Notes under the pieces: model-generated
What the model saw: the letters and a program-made list of their open reading frames with translations, nothing else
Databases searched by the model: none
What the model was told of the DNA's origin: nothing
From: a virus
Taxonomy: Duplodnaviria; Caudoviricetes
Virus record (IMG/VR): IMGVR_UViG_3300045020_000011
Location: 1-55,032 of that record
Direction: 5' to 3' (one strand)
DNA length: 55,032 bases
Part shown: positions 28,761-38,308 of the stretch, piece by piece
Position numbering within the stretch: the first letter of the stretch is position 1
How the letters are laid out: every line of letters starts with the position of its first letter
Position numbers and translations under genes: made by a program

Positions 28761-29584
28761 TTGAGCTTCTCCACGAACGCTTGCGCGTACTTGTCTACGG
28801 TTGTGCCTTCGAGACCAGGCGCGGTATTAACTTCAAGACAGTAACACCAATTCCGTTTGGCGTTATAAAGGAGGTCACATGCTCCGAAGTCGAGGCCCAA
28901 TTCTTGCACTGCCCGGATCGCCATCTCTCTAAGTCCAGTAGGCTCGGTAATGTCTTCACGACAATAGACCCATCCGGTGTGATGATTACGTACCTGAAAG
29001 TTGGCTTCACCTTCGTAGTCGTTCCGCTTACGCTTTTCTTGTACATCGATCACTTCTCCAAAGGCAACATGAACTCGAAATTCCTTTTGCTTCTTAACAT
29101 ACTGCACATAAAGAGGCGCAGGAACCACATCTTCCACCTTGCCAGCAAGAACAATCCCATCACCACTGTGACCACTGAGCTTAGTACGACAAACAACAGT
29201 ATGTCCGGAGTTAATCCATTGCTTAGCAACGTTATGATCGACTGTAAATTCAGGGATACGTATGCCATCCTTTCCTTTCAGGAGATTAAAAGTACTAAGC
29301 TTGTTACTTGCATTACAAACAGCTTGCGCTTTGTTTACAACTACTATGGGTTCTCGAACATCTAGGTTGTTGGAAAGCCAACTGCTGTTCCCCCAATTAA
29401 TAATTTTGTGCCACTCACGCGGAACAAACGTCGGGTTAGGCCGATCAGTGAATAGTCGGCGAACTTTGTACCCCAGGTGTTCCCCCATCTTTCTTGCTAG
29501 TTCCCTCGCTGAGTTCGACCCGATTTTGTACGGGACGATGACGCAGGGGGCTCTCCCCAGCTTCACGGGCTTGTTTGAAGGCAT
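28757..29584 (-). CDS. ATP-grasp ligase (RimK-like, phiEco32 type)
   Basis: IINWG, ASNK, GHSGDGIV, EFRVHV, LGLDFGACD, LEVNTAPGL; AGGAG RBS before ATG 29584. Confidence 0.92.
   Translation of the reverse strand: MPSNKPVKLGRAPCVIVPYKIGSNSARELARKMGEHLGYKVRRLFTDRPNPTFVPREWHKIINWGNSSWLSNNLDVREPIVVVNKAQAVCNASNKLSTFNLLKGKDGIRIPEFTVDHNVAKQWINSGHTVVCRTKLSGHSGDGIVLAGKVEDVVPAPLYVQYVKKQKEFRVHVAFGEVIDVQEKRKRNDYEGEANFQVRNHHTGWVYCREDITEPTGLREMAIRAVQELGLDFGACDLLYNAKRNWCYCLEVNTAPGLEGTTVDKYAQAFVEKLK
29289..29310. repeat. 22-bp imperfect palindrome (dispersed motif)
   Basis: AAAGTACTAA-GC-TTGTTACTTG. Confidence 0.7.
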
Positions 29585-31139
29585 CTTTTTCTTCTCCTGA
29601 CAGTGCTTGTTCGACACAACTTGAACACATTAACTTAACAACGTTCTCCGGAAATGCCATTCCCTTCCCGAGAGTGGACGTGAATGATACGGAAGTGAAC
29701 TTCGGATTGGCTTCGTGCATCTTCTTGCCACACTTCATGCAGGTACAATTGCAGACACCATATCCCCATGCGGCCAACGGTATAATTACCTTGTTGTGTG
29801 TAGCAACGACGCTTGCCAATCGCATATCTGCAACGTAAACGCTAGTCCCTCCTACCGTGTTCGTAACATACAGAATGCGGCCAGTACAATACTTACCAAC
29901 CATCGCCGCAGGGTCTGCTTCATCGGGAAAGCAACCAATAACATCGACAAGAGACTCACCCGGTTCGTGCAGCTTGCCACGAAACTTGAAGTGCTGCTGT
30001 GCCAGGGTAATCTCATGAGGCTTGAACAATACCATCCGTCCTTTCATCAAGGTTGGATGTTGAATCTGAATCCGCCGCGTATTGTTCTCCGCATCTCGAT
30101 CAACTTCACTGGCTTTCTTCTTGGGAACGAGGGTAAGGCCAGACGAATTCGGTGGACTTAGATGGTTCTCGCTCTCGCTCTTGCTGCTGTCGTTCTGCCC
30201 ATCTTTTACCTGCGTGAGCGCACAACTTTTCGAGCCCATCCCCTTGGTTTCGACGGACTCTTTTATGATTAAAGGGCAGTCATCACTCGACCTCCCTTCG
30301 CTCATGTACTCCCAGTAATCTCCTTCGAGAGAATCTTCGACCAAATCTTTGGTCACGTTGTTGGGCTGAGTAACCGTTTCCTTGTAGTCCCGCCCCCACT
30401 TGCCATTCCCCTTGTACGTCGTGGAATAGCTGGAATAGGAGACGACCGGCTTCTCAAGCTTACGAGAATCCATCTTGCCCTTCTGATCGAATTCAAGCAA
30501 TTCAAATGTGGGTACTTCAACCACATTCTCGATCTTCCGGTTCTGACGGGACAACGGCAACGCCGCAATCATCGGTTCGCTCGACAACACAAACATGTTG
30601 TCAGATTCAATGATAAACAACGGACGTTCATCATTCCGTACTGCAAAGAGCTTCTGCTTCTCCGTGTCATACCACACAAGAGCATATGCCCCACGCAGCT
30701 TGGGCAATACTTCTTCGATGGGACTCTCTGACAACGCATGCGCAATCGCGTTACTGTCCACGTCAAACTGCTTGTCAGACAGCTTGCTATGGTCCCACAG
30801 AGTACCGTTGTGGACGAGAATGATGTTGTTCTCGACGAATGGGTGTGCATTCTCCGTTGTTACAGCACCCTTCGTTGCTGCGCGATTGTGCCCAATCACC
30901 AGCCGACCACGACTCACCATCGAAGTGCGAAAGTCCGCCCATTCCTTCGTGCGGAATAGATTGAACGGGTTGCTACCAAGCTTCAGCACTTCTGCTTGCT
31001 TGTTGCGGAATGTGGTAAAGACTCCCGTTGAATCCTTACCACGCAGCGAGTTGACGATCAGCAATTGCTCCAGCAAATCGGCATCACGTTGCCAGAAACC
31101 TTGATCAGTTCGAGCGATCAGTCCAATAATGCCGCACAT
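29445..31139 (-). CDS. Class II (Ntn) glutamine amidotransferase with long C-terminal extension
   Basis: MCGIIG, RGKDSTG, GHNRAAT, NAHPF, HNGT, VDS, RNDERPL. Confidence 0.92.
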   Translation of the reverse strand: MCGIIGLIARTDQGFWQRDADLLEQLLIVNSLRGKDSTGVFTTFRNKQAEVLKLGSNPFNLFRTKEWADFRTSMVSRGRLVIGHNRAATKGAVTTENAHPFVENNIILVHNGTLWDHSKLSDKQFDVDSNAIAHALSESPIEEVLPKLRGAYALVWYDTEKQKLFAVRNDERPLFIIESDNMFVLSSEPMIAALPLSRQNRKIENVVEVPTFELLEFDQKGKMDSRKLEKPVVSYSSYSTTYKGNGKWGRDYKETVTQPNNVTKDLVEDSLEGDYWEYMSEGRSSDDCPLIIKESVETKGMGSKSCALTQVKDGQNDSSKSESENHLSPPNSSGLTLVPKKKASEVDRDAENNTRRIQIQHPTLMKGRMVLFKPHEITLAQQHFKFRGKLHEPGESLVDVIGCFPDEADPAAMVGKYCTGRILYVTNTVGGTSVYVADMRLASVVATHNKVIIPLAAWGYGVCNCTCMKCGKKMHEANPKFTSVSFTSTLGKGMAFPENVVKLMCSSCVEQALSGEEKDAFKQAREAGESPLRHRPVQNRVELSEGTSKKDGGTPGVQSSPTIH

Positions 31140-32054
31140 TTAGGCAACTCCCTGTTGGTTAGCTTGCTTCTTGAATTTGAAGAACGGTGCATCCAATGAC
31201 ACTTCACGAGCCAATGCATCCAACACATTAGGCTGGCCAAACGCGAACTTCACCATGTTGGTGGAATCCCGGATATCCACGTAGTCCATATACTTCATGT
31301 ACTGCACATCATCGCCAAAGATTTCACGCAACAACGATGGATAATCCGTTGTGTCGCCCAAAGTTGATAGTCTCTCTCGGTGCTCACTAACCGTTTTGGA
31401 ATTCACCCAATCGCACAGACGACAGATCAACCTGATCCACGTACAGACCTTGGTAACATCAAACGTGCCATGCATATGTCTGAATTCGATGGTGCCCAAC
31501 GATGACAATGGATGGATGTTGAGTCCGGTGTACTTGGACCACTGCGCTACGCGCTCAGGCAAACGTGCTCGCTCGAAGTTCGCGAGGATGTTCGACTCAT
31601 TCACGGGCACACAGTAAATGTTCTTCGCTCGACCTCGACCAGTGAACTTATAGAACAACGGTTCGAACGCTGTGTACCACATCACCAAGTTCTTGACTTG
31701 ATCGACTTGCCACTTCTGCATGTCAGCGTGAATGTGAATCGACGTGCGCGGACTGAAGCAGCACTCTTGTGACAGCAGGTTGTTCATCAAATGGTGCAGC
31801 GCAAATGGTGCCATGTCTGCCTCAATCGGCTGACTCACGAACTCTGCGCCGTTGTTGCGCAACGAACCATCATCCTTGAGATTCCACACCATCGTTGATA
31901 CACCCTGCTTCGCGGCGTAGTTCTCAACCTCAACTTCGATGCCAATCACTTGCTTCGACGGAATAACCGGCAGGTCTTTCACTGCCTTATACTTCGCCGC
32001 CATAGATGCTGGCGTTACTGCACGAAGATCAAACGTTTCCAGAATGGTTGTCAT
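31140..32054 (-). CDS. Putative amidoligase (glutamine synthetase / GCS-fold COOH-NH2 ligase)
   Basis: GIEVEVE, DGSLR, EFVS, SIHIH, KYTGLN, TIEFRHMHGT. Confidence 0.88.
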   Translation of the reverse strand: MTTILETFDLRAVTPASMAAKYKAVKDLPVIPSKQVIGIEVEVENYAAKQGVSTMVWNLKDDGSLRNNGAEFVSQPIEADMAPFALHHLMNNLLSQECCFSPRTSIHIHADMQKWQVDQVKNLVMWYTAFEPLFYKFTGRGRAKNIYCVPVNESNILANFERARLPERVAQWSKYTGLNIHPLSSLGTIEFRHMHGTFDVTKVCTWIRLICRLCDWVNSKTVSEHRERLSTLGDTTDYPSLLREIFGDDVQYMKYMDYVDIRDSTNMVKFAFGQPNVLDALAREVSLDAPFFKFKKQANQQGVA

Positions 32055-32665
32055 AGGAAATGCTTCATCAAGAGAGGAGAATAAATCTTCTCCAGACATT
32101 GCGTGATATGACCAGTCTTGTCACACTTCGCTACCGGATGGGTGTAATGAAACACCAGATACTCAGCCTTGGCTGTAACCGGCAAACAAATGGATAGGTT
32201 ATCTTCCAATGCAACTGAACGCACTTCTCCTTTATTAAGCATCCGTACTGCGTCCGTTACAGAATATACCTTGTGTTGAAAGGCACTCTGTATCGTGTTG
32301 AAGTCAATGATGCGTACCTGTCCACCAACGCGACGCGTCGTGTCCAAGATTGCACAGTTATCAGCACAGATACCACGCCGATACTGCCGCAACGGACGAC
32401 GATGGAACAGACACGAATTCCCTTCGTGTTGAAACACTCCCGTAACAGGATAACGAAACTTGATGGCATGCCCTTCCGATCCCATATTCAAGGACAAGCT
32501 ACCATACTCCCGTGTATCCACATAGATCACCCCGAGCTTCGTGGGGTGGCTCTCGATGTTGACAACACGTGCCAACACTTCCTTCTGTTCAGCGTGGATA
32601 TCCAGCCAGACAAACGTACCGGCGTAACGCCTACGAAAGTCGGCAATGATTTGATCGTTGGTCAT
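32051..32665 (-). CDS. Hypothetical protein within the ligase cluster
   Basis: Coupled between the two amidoligases; RRPLRQYRRG. Confidence 0.75.
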   Translation of the reverse strand: MTNDQIIADFRRRYAGTFVWLDIHAEQKEVLARVVNIESHPTKLGVIYVDTREYGSLSLNMGSEGHAIKFRYPVTGVFQHEGNSCLFHRRPLRQYRRGICADNCAILDTTRRVGGQVRIIDFNTIQSAFQHKVYSVTDAVRMLNKGEVRSVALEDNLSICLPVTAKAEYLVFHYTHPVAKCDKTGHITQCLEKIYSPLLMKHFL

Positions 32666-32668
32666 GGT

Positions 32669-33436
32669 TCACAGATCGAATTCGGCCTTGAGTTCGGCCA
32701 ACAGTTCCAGACTGCTACGATTGATACACGCACGAATCTTCATGCCCTGATCTTCCGTGAATGCTTCACCAGCCATCGCACGTTCCACCGCCTTGTCCGT
32801 CTGGTCCCAGACCCACGCGATAAGATCATCGTTCTCAATCCAGGCATTGGATGCCGTGCGGTACTCCACACCATACTTCTTCGGACGGAATGCACCCGGT
32901 TTGCCATACAACTTCCTCCGATCTTTGTCGTTGTCGAACTCCAACATCATGCAACCCACATACAAATCCATCCACTGCACGACGAGACACTTATCCACGA
33001 ACTCCGGTATCTCGATATGGATATGGCCTCCCGCCGAACGCAGGTTAGGATTCTGTGCTGCCGGACGCGGATTCATACGTCCACCTTCCCACGCATTATA
33101 GTCAGGCTCACAGCCGAACGTCTGCGCCGCTTCCGTTTGCAACTGATCGTCATCGAACACAGCACTGGGTTTCAACGCCACAGTAAGGCCGAGTTGCTTC
33201 GCCTTTTCGGCCAACCAATCCTTGTTCTTCCTGATGTTGTCAATAAACATTTGCTTACTGCTGCACGGCGGCGTGTTGAATTCGACAGCAACGTTGTCTT
33301 CTTGTACCGCGTTGCCAGCATCGTCGATGGGCATGGGATCATCTTTCGTACCTCCGATCAGGCCGACGGAAGAAATAAACTTGCCTTCGGCATTAACGAG
33401 AAAGACTTCGGGATCACATCCAAGGTTTGTCAACAT
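32669..33436 (-). CDS. phiEco32-like COOH-NH2 ligase type 2
   Basis: LGCDPEVFL, QEDNVAVEFN, FGCEPD, RSAGGHIH, RRKLYG, GVEYRT. Confidence 0.92.
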   Translation of the reverse strand: MLTNLGCDPEVFLVNAEGKFISSVGLIGGTKDDPMPIDDAGNAVQEDNVAVEFNTPPCSSKQMFIDNIRKNKDWLAEKAKQLGLTVALKPSAVFDDDQLQTEAAQTFGCEPDYNAWEGGRMNPRPAAQNPNLRSAGGHIHIEIPEFVDKCLVVQWMDLYVGCMMLEFDNDKDRRKLYGKPGAFRPKKYGVEYRTASNAWIENDDLIAWVWDQTDKAVERAMAGEAFTEDQGMKIRACINRSSLELLAELKAEFDL

Positions 33437-33437
33437 G

Positions 33438-34148
33438 TCAAATCTCCAGGTATTTGCGGGTAACTTCCATGCAGTACTGCACGAACGGATCAGTCAACGG
33501 CTTGCGGTGAAACTCGGGGTGTCCTTGGATTGCAAGACCCTTGATCGTCGGGAACCACACCACTTCGGGTTCATGATGCATGTGCATCGGCTCGTAGTCA
33601 CTGTTATCGCCGACCACATACTTGTCCGACCGGCGATTGGTAGACCACGCAATCAGCTTGTGCTCCACGTCATACGGATACATCATCTGGTGATGCACCG
33701 ATGAAGTCATGATTTCACGGCCATCATCCGTTGTCATAGGATGGGAAATGCCATGATTATTGACATGCTGAATAAGAAAACCACCAGCAAGAGCACATAC
33801 AAGTTGAGCGCCTCGGCAGATTCCCAGAATTGGGATGCCTCGACTGATCGCGAACTTCGCCGCGTTGACCTCGACGCGATCACGGACTGATAGATGCTCA
33901 GTAGCACCAGTATAGGTACTAACAGCATGCCCATAAATACTAGGGCTAATGTCAGCACCACCCCAAATAACAAGTGCATCGATATCCGCACCAGCCGCAA
34001 TATCGGACGGCTCCAACTCGACGCCGTTAGGAAACACTTGATCGAATGGCTCGTGAGTGCCTGTGCCATACCCGAGATAGCCAAGCGTGAGAACTTTCTT
34101 CGGGGTACTAACATTGTTACTCTCCTTACTAACTGTAATGTCAGACAT
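33438..34148 (-). CDS. Class I glutamine amidotransferase / peptidase C26 (gamma-glutamyl hydrolase)
   Basis: GGADISP, GICRGAQL, HHQ, QGHPEF (Cys-His-Glu triad). Confidence 0.9.
   Translation of the reverse strand: MSDITVSKESNNVSTPKKVLTLGYLGYGTGTHEPFDQVFPNGVELEPSDIAAGADIDALVIWGGADISPSIYGHAVSTYTGATEHLSVRDRVEVNAAKFAISRGIPILGICRGAQLVCALAGGFLIQHVNNHGISHPMTTDDGREIMTSSVHHQMMYPYDVEHKLIAWSTNRRSDKYVVGDNSDYEPMHMHHEPEVVWFPTIKGLAIQGHPEFHRKPLTDPFVQYCMEVTRKYLEI
34102..34123. repeat. 22-bp imperfect palindrome (dispersed motif)
   Basis: GGGGTACTAA-CA-TTGTTACTCT. Confidence 0.7.
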
Positions 34149-34523
34149 TTACTCTGCTCCATTCGTAAGAACATATGCTTCAATGGTATTACCGGTATTG
34201 GCATTAACCCACTTACCGATAAACTTAACATCAGGTTCAGCCTTGACTAACTTGCGTAAGATGTTTGCCTCATACCACAAGGTTCCCTTACGCTTAACAA
34301 AGTTAAAGATGATTGGACGAGTGCCAGTATGATAACCCTCCTTTGCTCGTTCTCGCATCTTCGCGATTGCTTTTGTCCACGCCTCATGATAAGAATCAGC
34401 ATGGACATTCTCACAACCTGACCAGTCATCAGCTTCTTCGTGCCGAAAATCACCCGACTCAAAGAAGCCACAGCAGGTTGGCAATTGATTCAAATCAAAT
34501 GAAACAACTTTCTTCTTTGACAT
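34149..34523 (-). CDS. Hypothetical protein (CCG motif)
   Basis: Operon packing. Confidence 0.7.
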   Translation of the reverse strand: MSKKKVVSFDLNQLPTCCGFFESGDFRHEEADDWSGCENVHADSYHEAWTKAIAKMRERAKEGYHTGTRPIIFNFVKRKGTLWYEANILRKLVKAEPDVKFIGKWVNANTGNTIEAYVLTNGAE

Positions 34524-34525
34524 GA

Positions 34526-34942
34526 TTACTTACCTACCAGACGAAGCTCCCCATTTTCATTGAACTCCTTCTCAATGACAGTGGGAACAGTTGTTTCATA
34601 TACACCGATGCACGAAAACACACCGAATGGACGACGCGGTTCCTTCTCTGCACGCTCTTTCGCCGATGTAATGGCGAAGTCCTCCGTCGTGTACGCCTTT
34701 TCAAATTGCTTGCGTGACACAGAGTCCAGATAGAATCCACGCCCCACAGGTGGCTGATTGCCAACAGGTTCTGGCGCTGCGTCAAGGTTGACCTGATTAC
34801 GACCAATGCCCCGATTACGCGGTTGAGGCGCTTCCTGAATACCCAGGTCCACTTCGGGGCCAAACTCGCCACGATTTTGATCCTGAACCAGATCAAGTGG
34901 CAACACAAACCACAATCTACGAATGGTCATCTTATCCTCCAA
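34526..34942 (-). CDS. Hypothetical protein
   Basis: Operon packing; GGAGG RBS. Confidence 0.7.
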   Translation of the reverse strand: MEDKMTIRRLWFVLPLDLVQDQNRGEFGPEVDLGIQEAPQPRNRGIGRNQVNLDAAPEPVGNQPPVGRGFYLDSVSRKQFEKAYTTEDFAITSAKERAEKEPRRPFGVFSCIGVYETTVPTVIEKEFNENGELRLVGK

Positions 34943-35198
34943 TAACTAGGTTGACCAACTCTTCTTCAATCAACTTCATTGCGTTAGGCTGATCGATCAA
35001 ATTCGAAGTGAGACAGAAGAATGGAGTTTTGGTAAACATACCAGGGAATGCCGCGTCTTGTTCCTCCACATAACGCACCACCTCGTCAACTACTTCGTCA
35101 AACGGAATCTGAAACGAGATTACCGTCACATAGGCATTACCACATACAAACGTACTCCATACGCGATAATCCGCAAATTGAGTGGTTTTGATGTTCAT
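34932..35198 (-). CDS. Hypothetical protein
   Basis: ATGA coupling. Confidence 0.6.
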   Translation of the reverse strand: MNIKTTQFADYRVWSTFVCGNAYVTVISFQIPFDEVVDEVVRYVEEQDAAFPGMFTKTPFFCLTSNLIDQPNAMKLIEEELVNLVIGG

Positions 35199-35755
35199 TT
35201 CATGTCTCGAACGACCTTGGCGGCCTCCGTGATATCAACGCCTTGCGCTTCCGCGATATCCAGCAGCAAATCACGGTCGAGGCAGGCATGCACCACGAAC
35301 AAATCTTCGCCCCAGGCATTTTCAAGGGGTTTCTCCGAAGAGAACCAACGAATCTGATACGGCGCATAATCCGCGCTGATACCAGGATAACGATTCAGGT
35401 GGATAATTACTCCCCATTGGTGAGGATAAAGAAACCGTACACCATTGGCCCACCGACGAGCAACAATCGAACCTTCGCCGTAACCGTGAATCTGATTACG
35501 AACGAAGTATTCTTCAACATCACTCTTCGATGGGTACTGTGAAATCTGATACTGCACTTCGATCTTGTCGCCGAATGTTTCACGGCACGACTTTGTGCGT
35601 ATCGGGCCTTTGATGCCATTGGCAGAGTCAAACACAGGATTCGGCATGGTCGTCACTGCGGGTTCTCCAATCTTGAGTACAGTCGGTTTCTCGAAGAAAA
35701 TCTTGTTCGTTTCGTCAAACGCCGGTTCTTGTTTCTCCTGTTCACGTAGTCTCAT
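35195..35755 (-). CDS. Hypothetical protein
   Basis: ATGA coupling. Confidence 0.7.
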   Translation of the reverse strand: MRLREQEKQEPAFDETNKIFFEKPTVLKIGEPAVTTMPNPVFDSANGIKGPIRTKSCRETFGDKIEVQYQISQYPSKSDVEEYFVRNQIHGYGEGSIVARRWANGVRFLYPHQWGVIIHLNRYPGISADYAPYQIRWFSSEKPLENAWGEDLFVVHACLDRDLLLDIAEAQGVDITEAAKVVRDMK

Positions 35756-36705
35756 TTGCTATGCAATGCCTCGTTTAACTTCTTTAACATCGCAACGCTT
35801 TCAACCGTTGCTTTCGGATCACCGTCAGCATAGCCATAGGCCCTCTTGACGTAGTTGACCATCCTCTTTAATTCATCCGGCGTTGAATAACTGAGAATCT
35901 GATAAAACTGATTCAAATACCGCTCTAATTGCTTCTCCTGCTCTTGTCTCTGGAGTTCCTTTGCCCAATCCGAAAAAGCCTTGACATTGGCTCTCAGGCG
36001 TTCAAGGAGAACTACTTCCTGTTCAGCCGTCTGTTCACACCACCACAACGGATTCCACACAGGGATCGCATCACCATACCGGTTTCGTGTGATCGTCAAC
36101 TTCACAAAATTGTCAATATTCGGATTGTCCTTGAACGACAAGGCGAACATGTGAAGACTGTTCGGAGTATGGTAATAGTTGGGCCGTATGTCAATTTCCT
36201 TGGCACCCAACTTGATCAACAGATTGAGAATACGCCCTTCCGTCGTGGCGTGATGCTTCATCTGTGAAGATGAAGCAATGAAATACCAAGACAACGAATT
36301 ACCACCAACCCGCCGCAACCATATCGTAACGAGTTCTTGTTGTTGTTGCGTGGTTAGCAAGTTGCCACCATTCAAATCCATACCAGCAAGAGCACGCGCT
36401 CCACAGCAACGGAAAGGACCATAGGACAAGTCCGGTACTTCATACACGAACCTGAGCCATGAGCTATTGCTCGGGTCCCAAGGCATGAGAACATTACCTT
36501 GAAGCACAGGCTTTGCCTTCAACTGATACTTATCATTGACTTCAAAATGCATTAGCTGCTCGGGCATTTCTTTAACATCACTACGCCTAACCACTACTGG
36601 CTTTACCGTTTTCGCTGGTTGATTGGTTGTGGTAGTGGGCACAACCACTTCCATGTTGTTAAACACCTGTGCCATTTCATCAATGGCTTGAATGTTTTGA
36701 TTCAT
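35752..36705 (-). CDS. Hypothetical protein (CCG motif)
   Basis: Long ORF with RBS. Confidence 0.75.
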   Translation of the reverse strand: MNQNIQAIDEMAQVFNNMEVVVPTTTTNQPAKTVKPVVVRRSDVKEMPEQLMHFEVNDKYQLKAKPVLQGNVLMPWDPSNSSWLRFVYEVPDLSYGPFRCCGARALAGMDLNGGNLLTTQQQQELVTIWLRRVGGNSLSWYFIASSSQMKHHATTEGRILNLLIKLGAKEIDIRPNYYHTPNSLHMFALSFKDNPNIDNFVKLTITRNRYGDAIPVWNPLWWCEQTAEQEVVLLERLRANVKAFSDWAKELQRQEQEKQLERYLNQFYQILSYSTPDELKRMVNYVKRAYGYADGDPKATVESVAMLKKLNEALHSK

Positions 36706-36706
36706 G

Positions 36707-36967
36707 TTAACCCCTCTCCATCAAAGGTCGTCCGTCAATAATGAGGCAGTCTTCTCCGCTTCCAATGAAGACGCGCGGCTCGTGCCGTTGTTCCGAGAAT
36801 GGTACTTCTCCAGCTGCATCCTCTGTTGCGATTTGGCGAAGGAGAGCATTGACTTCATCGTAATTTTCTTCAAAGAATAACATGTCTTTACTCGAAATTT
36901 GAGAAATGTTACACCACCAACAATTAGCCCCTTCACGTTTCTGAGCAGTGCAGTTAGGACACCTCAT
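36707..36967 (-). CDS. Small zinc-ribbon hypothetical protein
   Basis: CPNC...CWWC. Confidence 0.6.
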   Translation of the reverse strand: MRCPNCTAQKREGANCWWCNISQISSKDMLFFEENYDEVNALLRQIATEDAAGEVPFSEQRHEPRVFIGSGEDCLIIDGRPLMERG

Positions 36968-37311
36968 TCTTCAACCTCGAAGGTATGTTGACCAAGCAAC
37001 TCATAAGACGCGCTCGACATACACGGCACCGGCTCTATCGTCGACATAAATACACCTGTCGGTTTGTAACGAAACAAATACACCGTTATTTGCTTCTTGA
37101 CTGGTGCCATGAACAGGTCGCCAAGACCTACTTCCCGAGCGGCAACTTTTCCGTCTTTAAAACGGGTTCTTAGATATCCGTCCTTATCGCGAACAATCAA
37201 TTGACTGTATGGCCGCAGATTCTCATCAAATACCACTAAGAACATTGGCCGTCCGGCACGAGTTACCAACGGCTTACCAGCCAATGCTTCTTCCAGGTTA
37301 AACGGCTTCAT
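36964..37311 (-). CDS. Conserved phage hypothetical protein
   Basis: MKPFNLEEALAGKPLVTR.G...DLFMAP pattern. Confidence 0.75.
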   Translation of the reverse strand: MKPFNLEEALAGKPLVTRAGRPMFLVVFDENLRPYSQLIVRDKDGYLRTRFKDGKVAAREVGLGDLFMAPVKKQITVYLFRYKPTGVFMSTIEPVPCMSSASYELLGQHTFEVEE

Positions 37312-37484
37312 TTCCTTTTCTCCGCTTTCAGATGGTCTTCAATCAATTGGCAGTAGGTTTCACCACCAACCAAATTTTGGAACTCCTTCGCTAAAACTAT
37401 CAGAGCCAATGCGAGTGGGGTAATCACACCCGTCTGTTCCAGTTGCTCCGCTTTCAGCAACGCTTGCGCTACGGTCATCGGCAT
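37308..37484 (-). CDS. Hypothetical protein
   Basis: ATGA coupling. Confidence 0.55.
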   Translation of the reverse strand: MPMTVAQALLKAEQLEQTGVITPLALALIVLAKEFQNLVGGETYCQLIEDHLKAEKRK

Positions 37485-37626
37485 GATTATGCTCCACTCT
37501 AGCACTGATGGCAGCAGGATACAGCTTTTGCATGGCTTCGCCTGCCGTTTCCGCCTCGACGCGATATTCGCGAACCGTGTGCGGATGCTTGATACTCATG
37601 CACTTAACTATCCACGTGTGCAGCAT
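37360..37626 (-). CDS. Hypothetical protein
   Basis: AGGAGG RBS before ATG 37626; long overlap with the downstream gene. Confidence 0.45.
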   Translation of the reverse strand: MLHTWIVKCMSIKHPHTVREYRVEAETAGEAMQKLYPAAISARVEHNHADDRSASVAESGATGTDGCDYPTRIGSDSFSEGVPKFGWW

Positions 37627-37813
37627 TCTCTGCTTCCTCCTTTTTGGCTTCACGCGCAATACGGGCCTCTGCCTTTTGCTGAGCAACGAAACGGATATGC
37701 TCACGTTCACGTTGATTCTGATGGACTGCAATACCGAGAATCCGTTTGCCTAAATCCGTTTTTGTCGTAACGGATTCGCTTTTGACAAACGCTAATTGCA
37801 TGGCCGTCGGCAT
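37604..37813 (-). CDS. Hypothetical protein
   Basis: GGAG RBS before ATG 37813. Confidence 0.6.
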   Translation of the reverse strand: MPTAMQLAFVKSESVTTKTDLGKRILGIAVHQNQREREHIRFVAQQKAEARIAREAKKEEAENAAHVDS

Positions 37814-38182
37814 GATAATCTCCAAAAATGAGTTACAGAAAATGGACGAAAAATATCGTTCTGTGGGATTTACCCAAGTGAAACCACCAACCCGGAAAAT
37901 GACCCCCAAAAAATGGATAAAAAGGGGGGAGAAACGAGAAACGATTAAGCTACAACAAAGACTACTTTAAGGGGATAAAACAGATACAACAAGATACGAG
38001 AATGAGGTTAATCGTTAGATTGATTATAAACCTGGTGCTATCTCTCGCTTTTGAGGAAGAGTTGGGAAAATATAAACGCCGTGATTCAGCTCAATGAACG
38101 CAATACAAAATGACAGCATGGTACGCCTCGTTCTTTAATGTCTTATATCAACGCGTAGCTCAACGCGTAGTCCTAACATCAA

Positions 38183-38204
38183 GAAATACTAACCCTATTA
38201 CTTT
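38183..38204. repeat. 22-bp imperfect palindrome (degenerate copy)
   Basis: GAAATACTAA-CC-CTATTACTTT. Confidence 0.5.
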
Positions 38205-38270
38205 GCTTACAACTACCTTTCTAATTCTACAGCCTTTTATAGTAGCAATTGCAAAAACGGGTGAGGCAAT

Positions 38271-38308
38271 AAAAAGAGCCCCCCGTGTGTTAGGGGCACA
38301 CGAGAGGC
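38271..38308 (-). terminator. Intrinsic terminator, preceded by a second hairpin at 38309-38354
   Basis: GCCTCTCGTGTG-loop-CACACGGGGGGC-TCTTTTT on the minus strand. Confidence 0.75.

Noticed and set aside
32273-33463. 396-aa + strand ORF
   Set aside because: Antisense shadow of genes with clear motifs; no recognisable features
20257-34523. Genome-wide stop-codon reassignment suggested by in-frame TAA-ATG junctions
   Set aside because: TAA ends many genes directly before terminators, and the GATase II needs its own N-terminal Cys start
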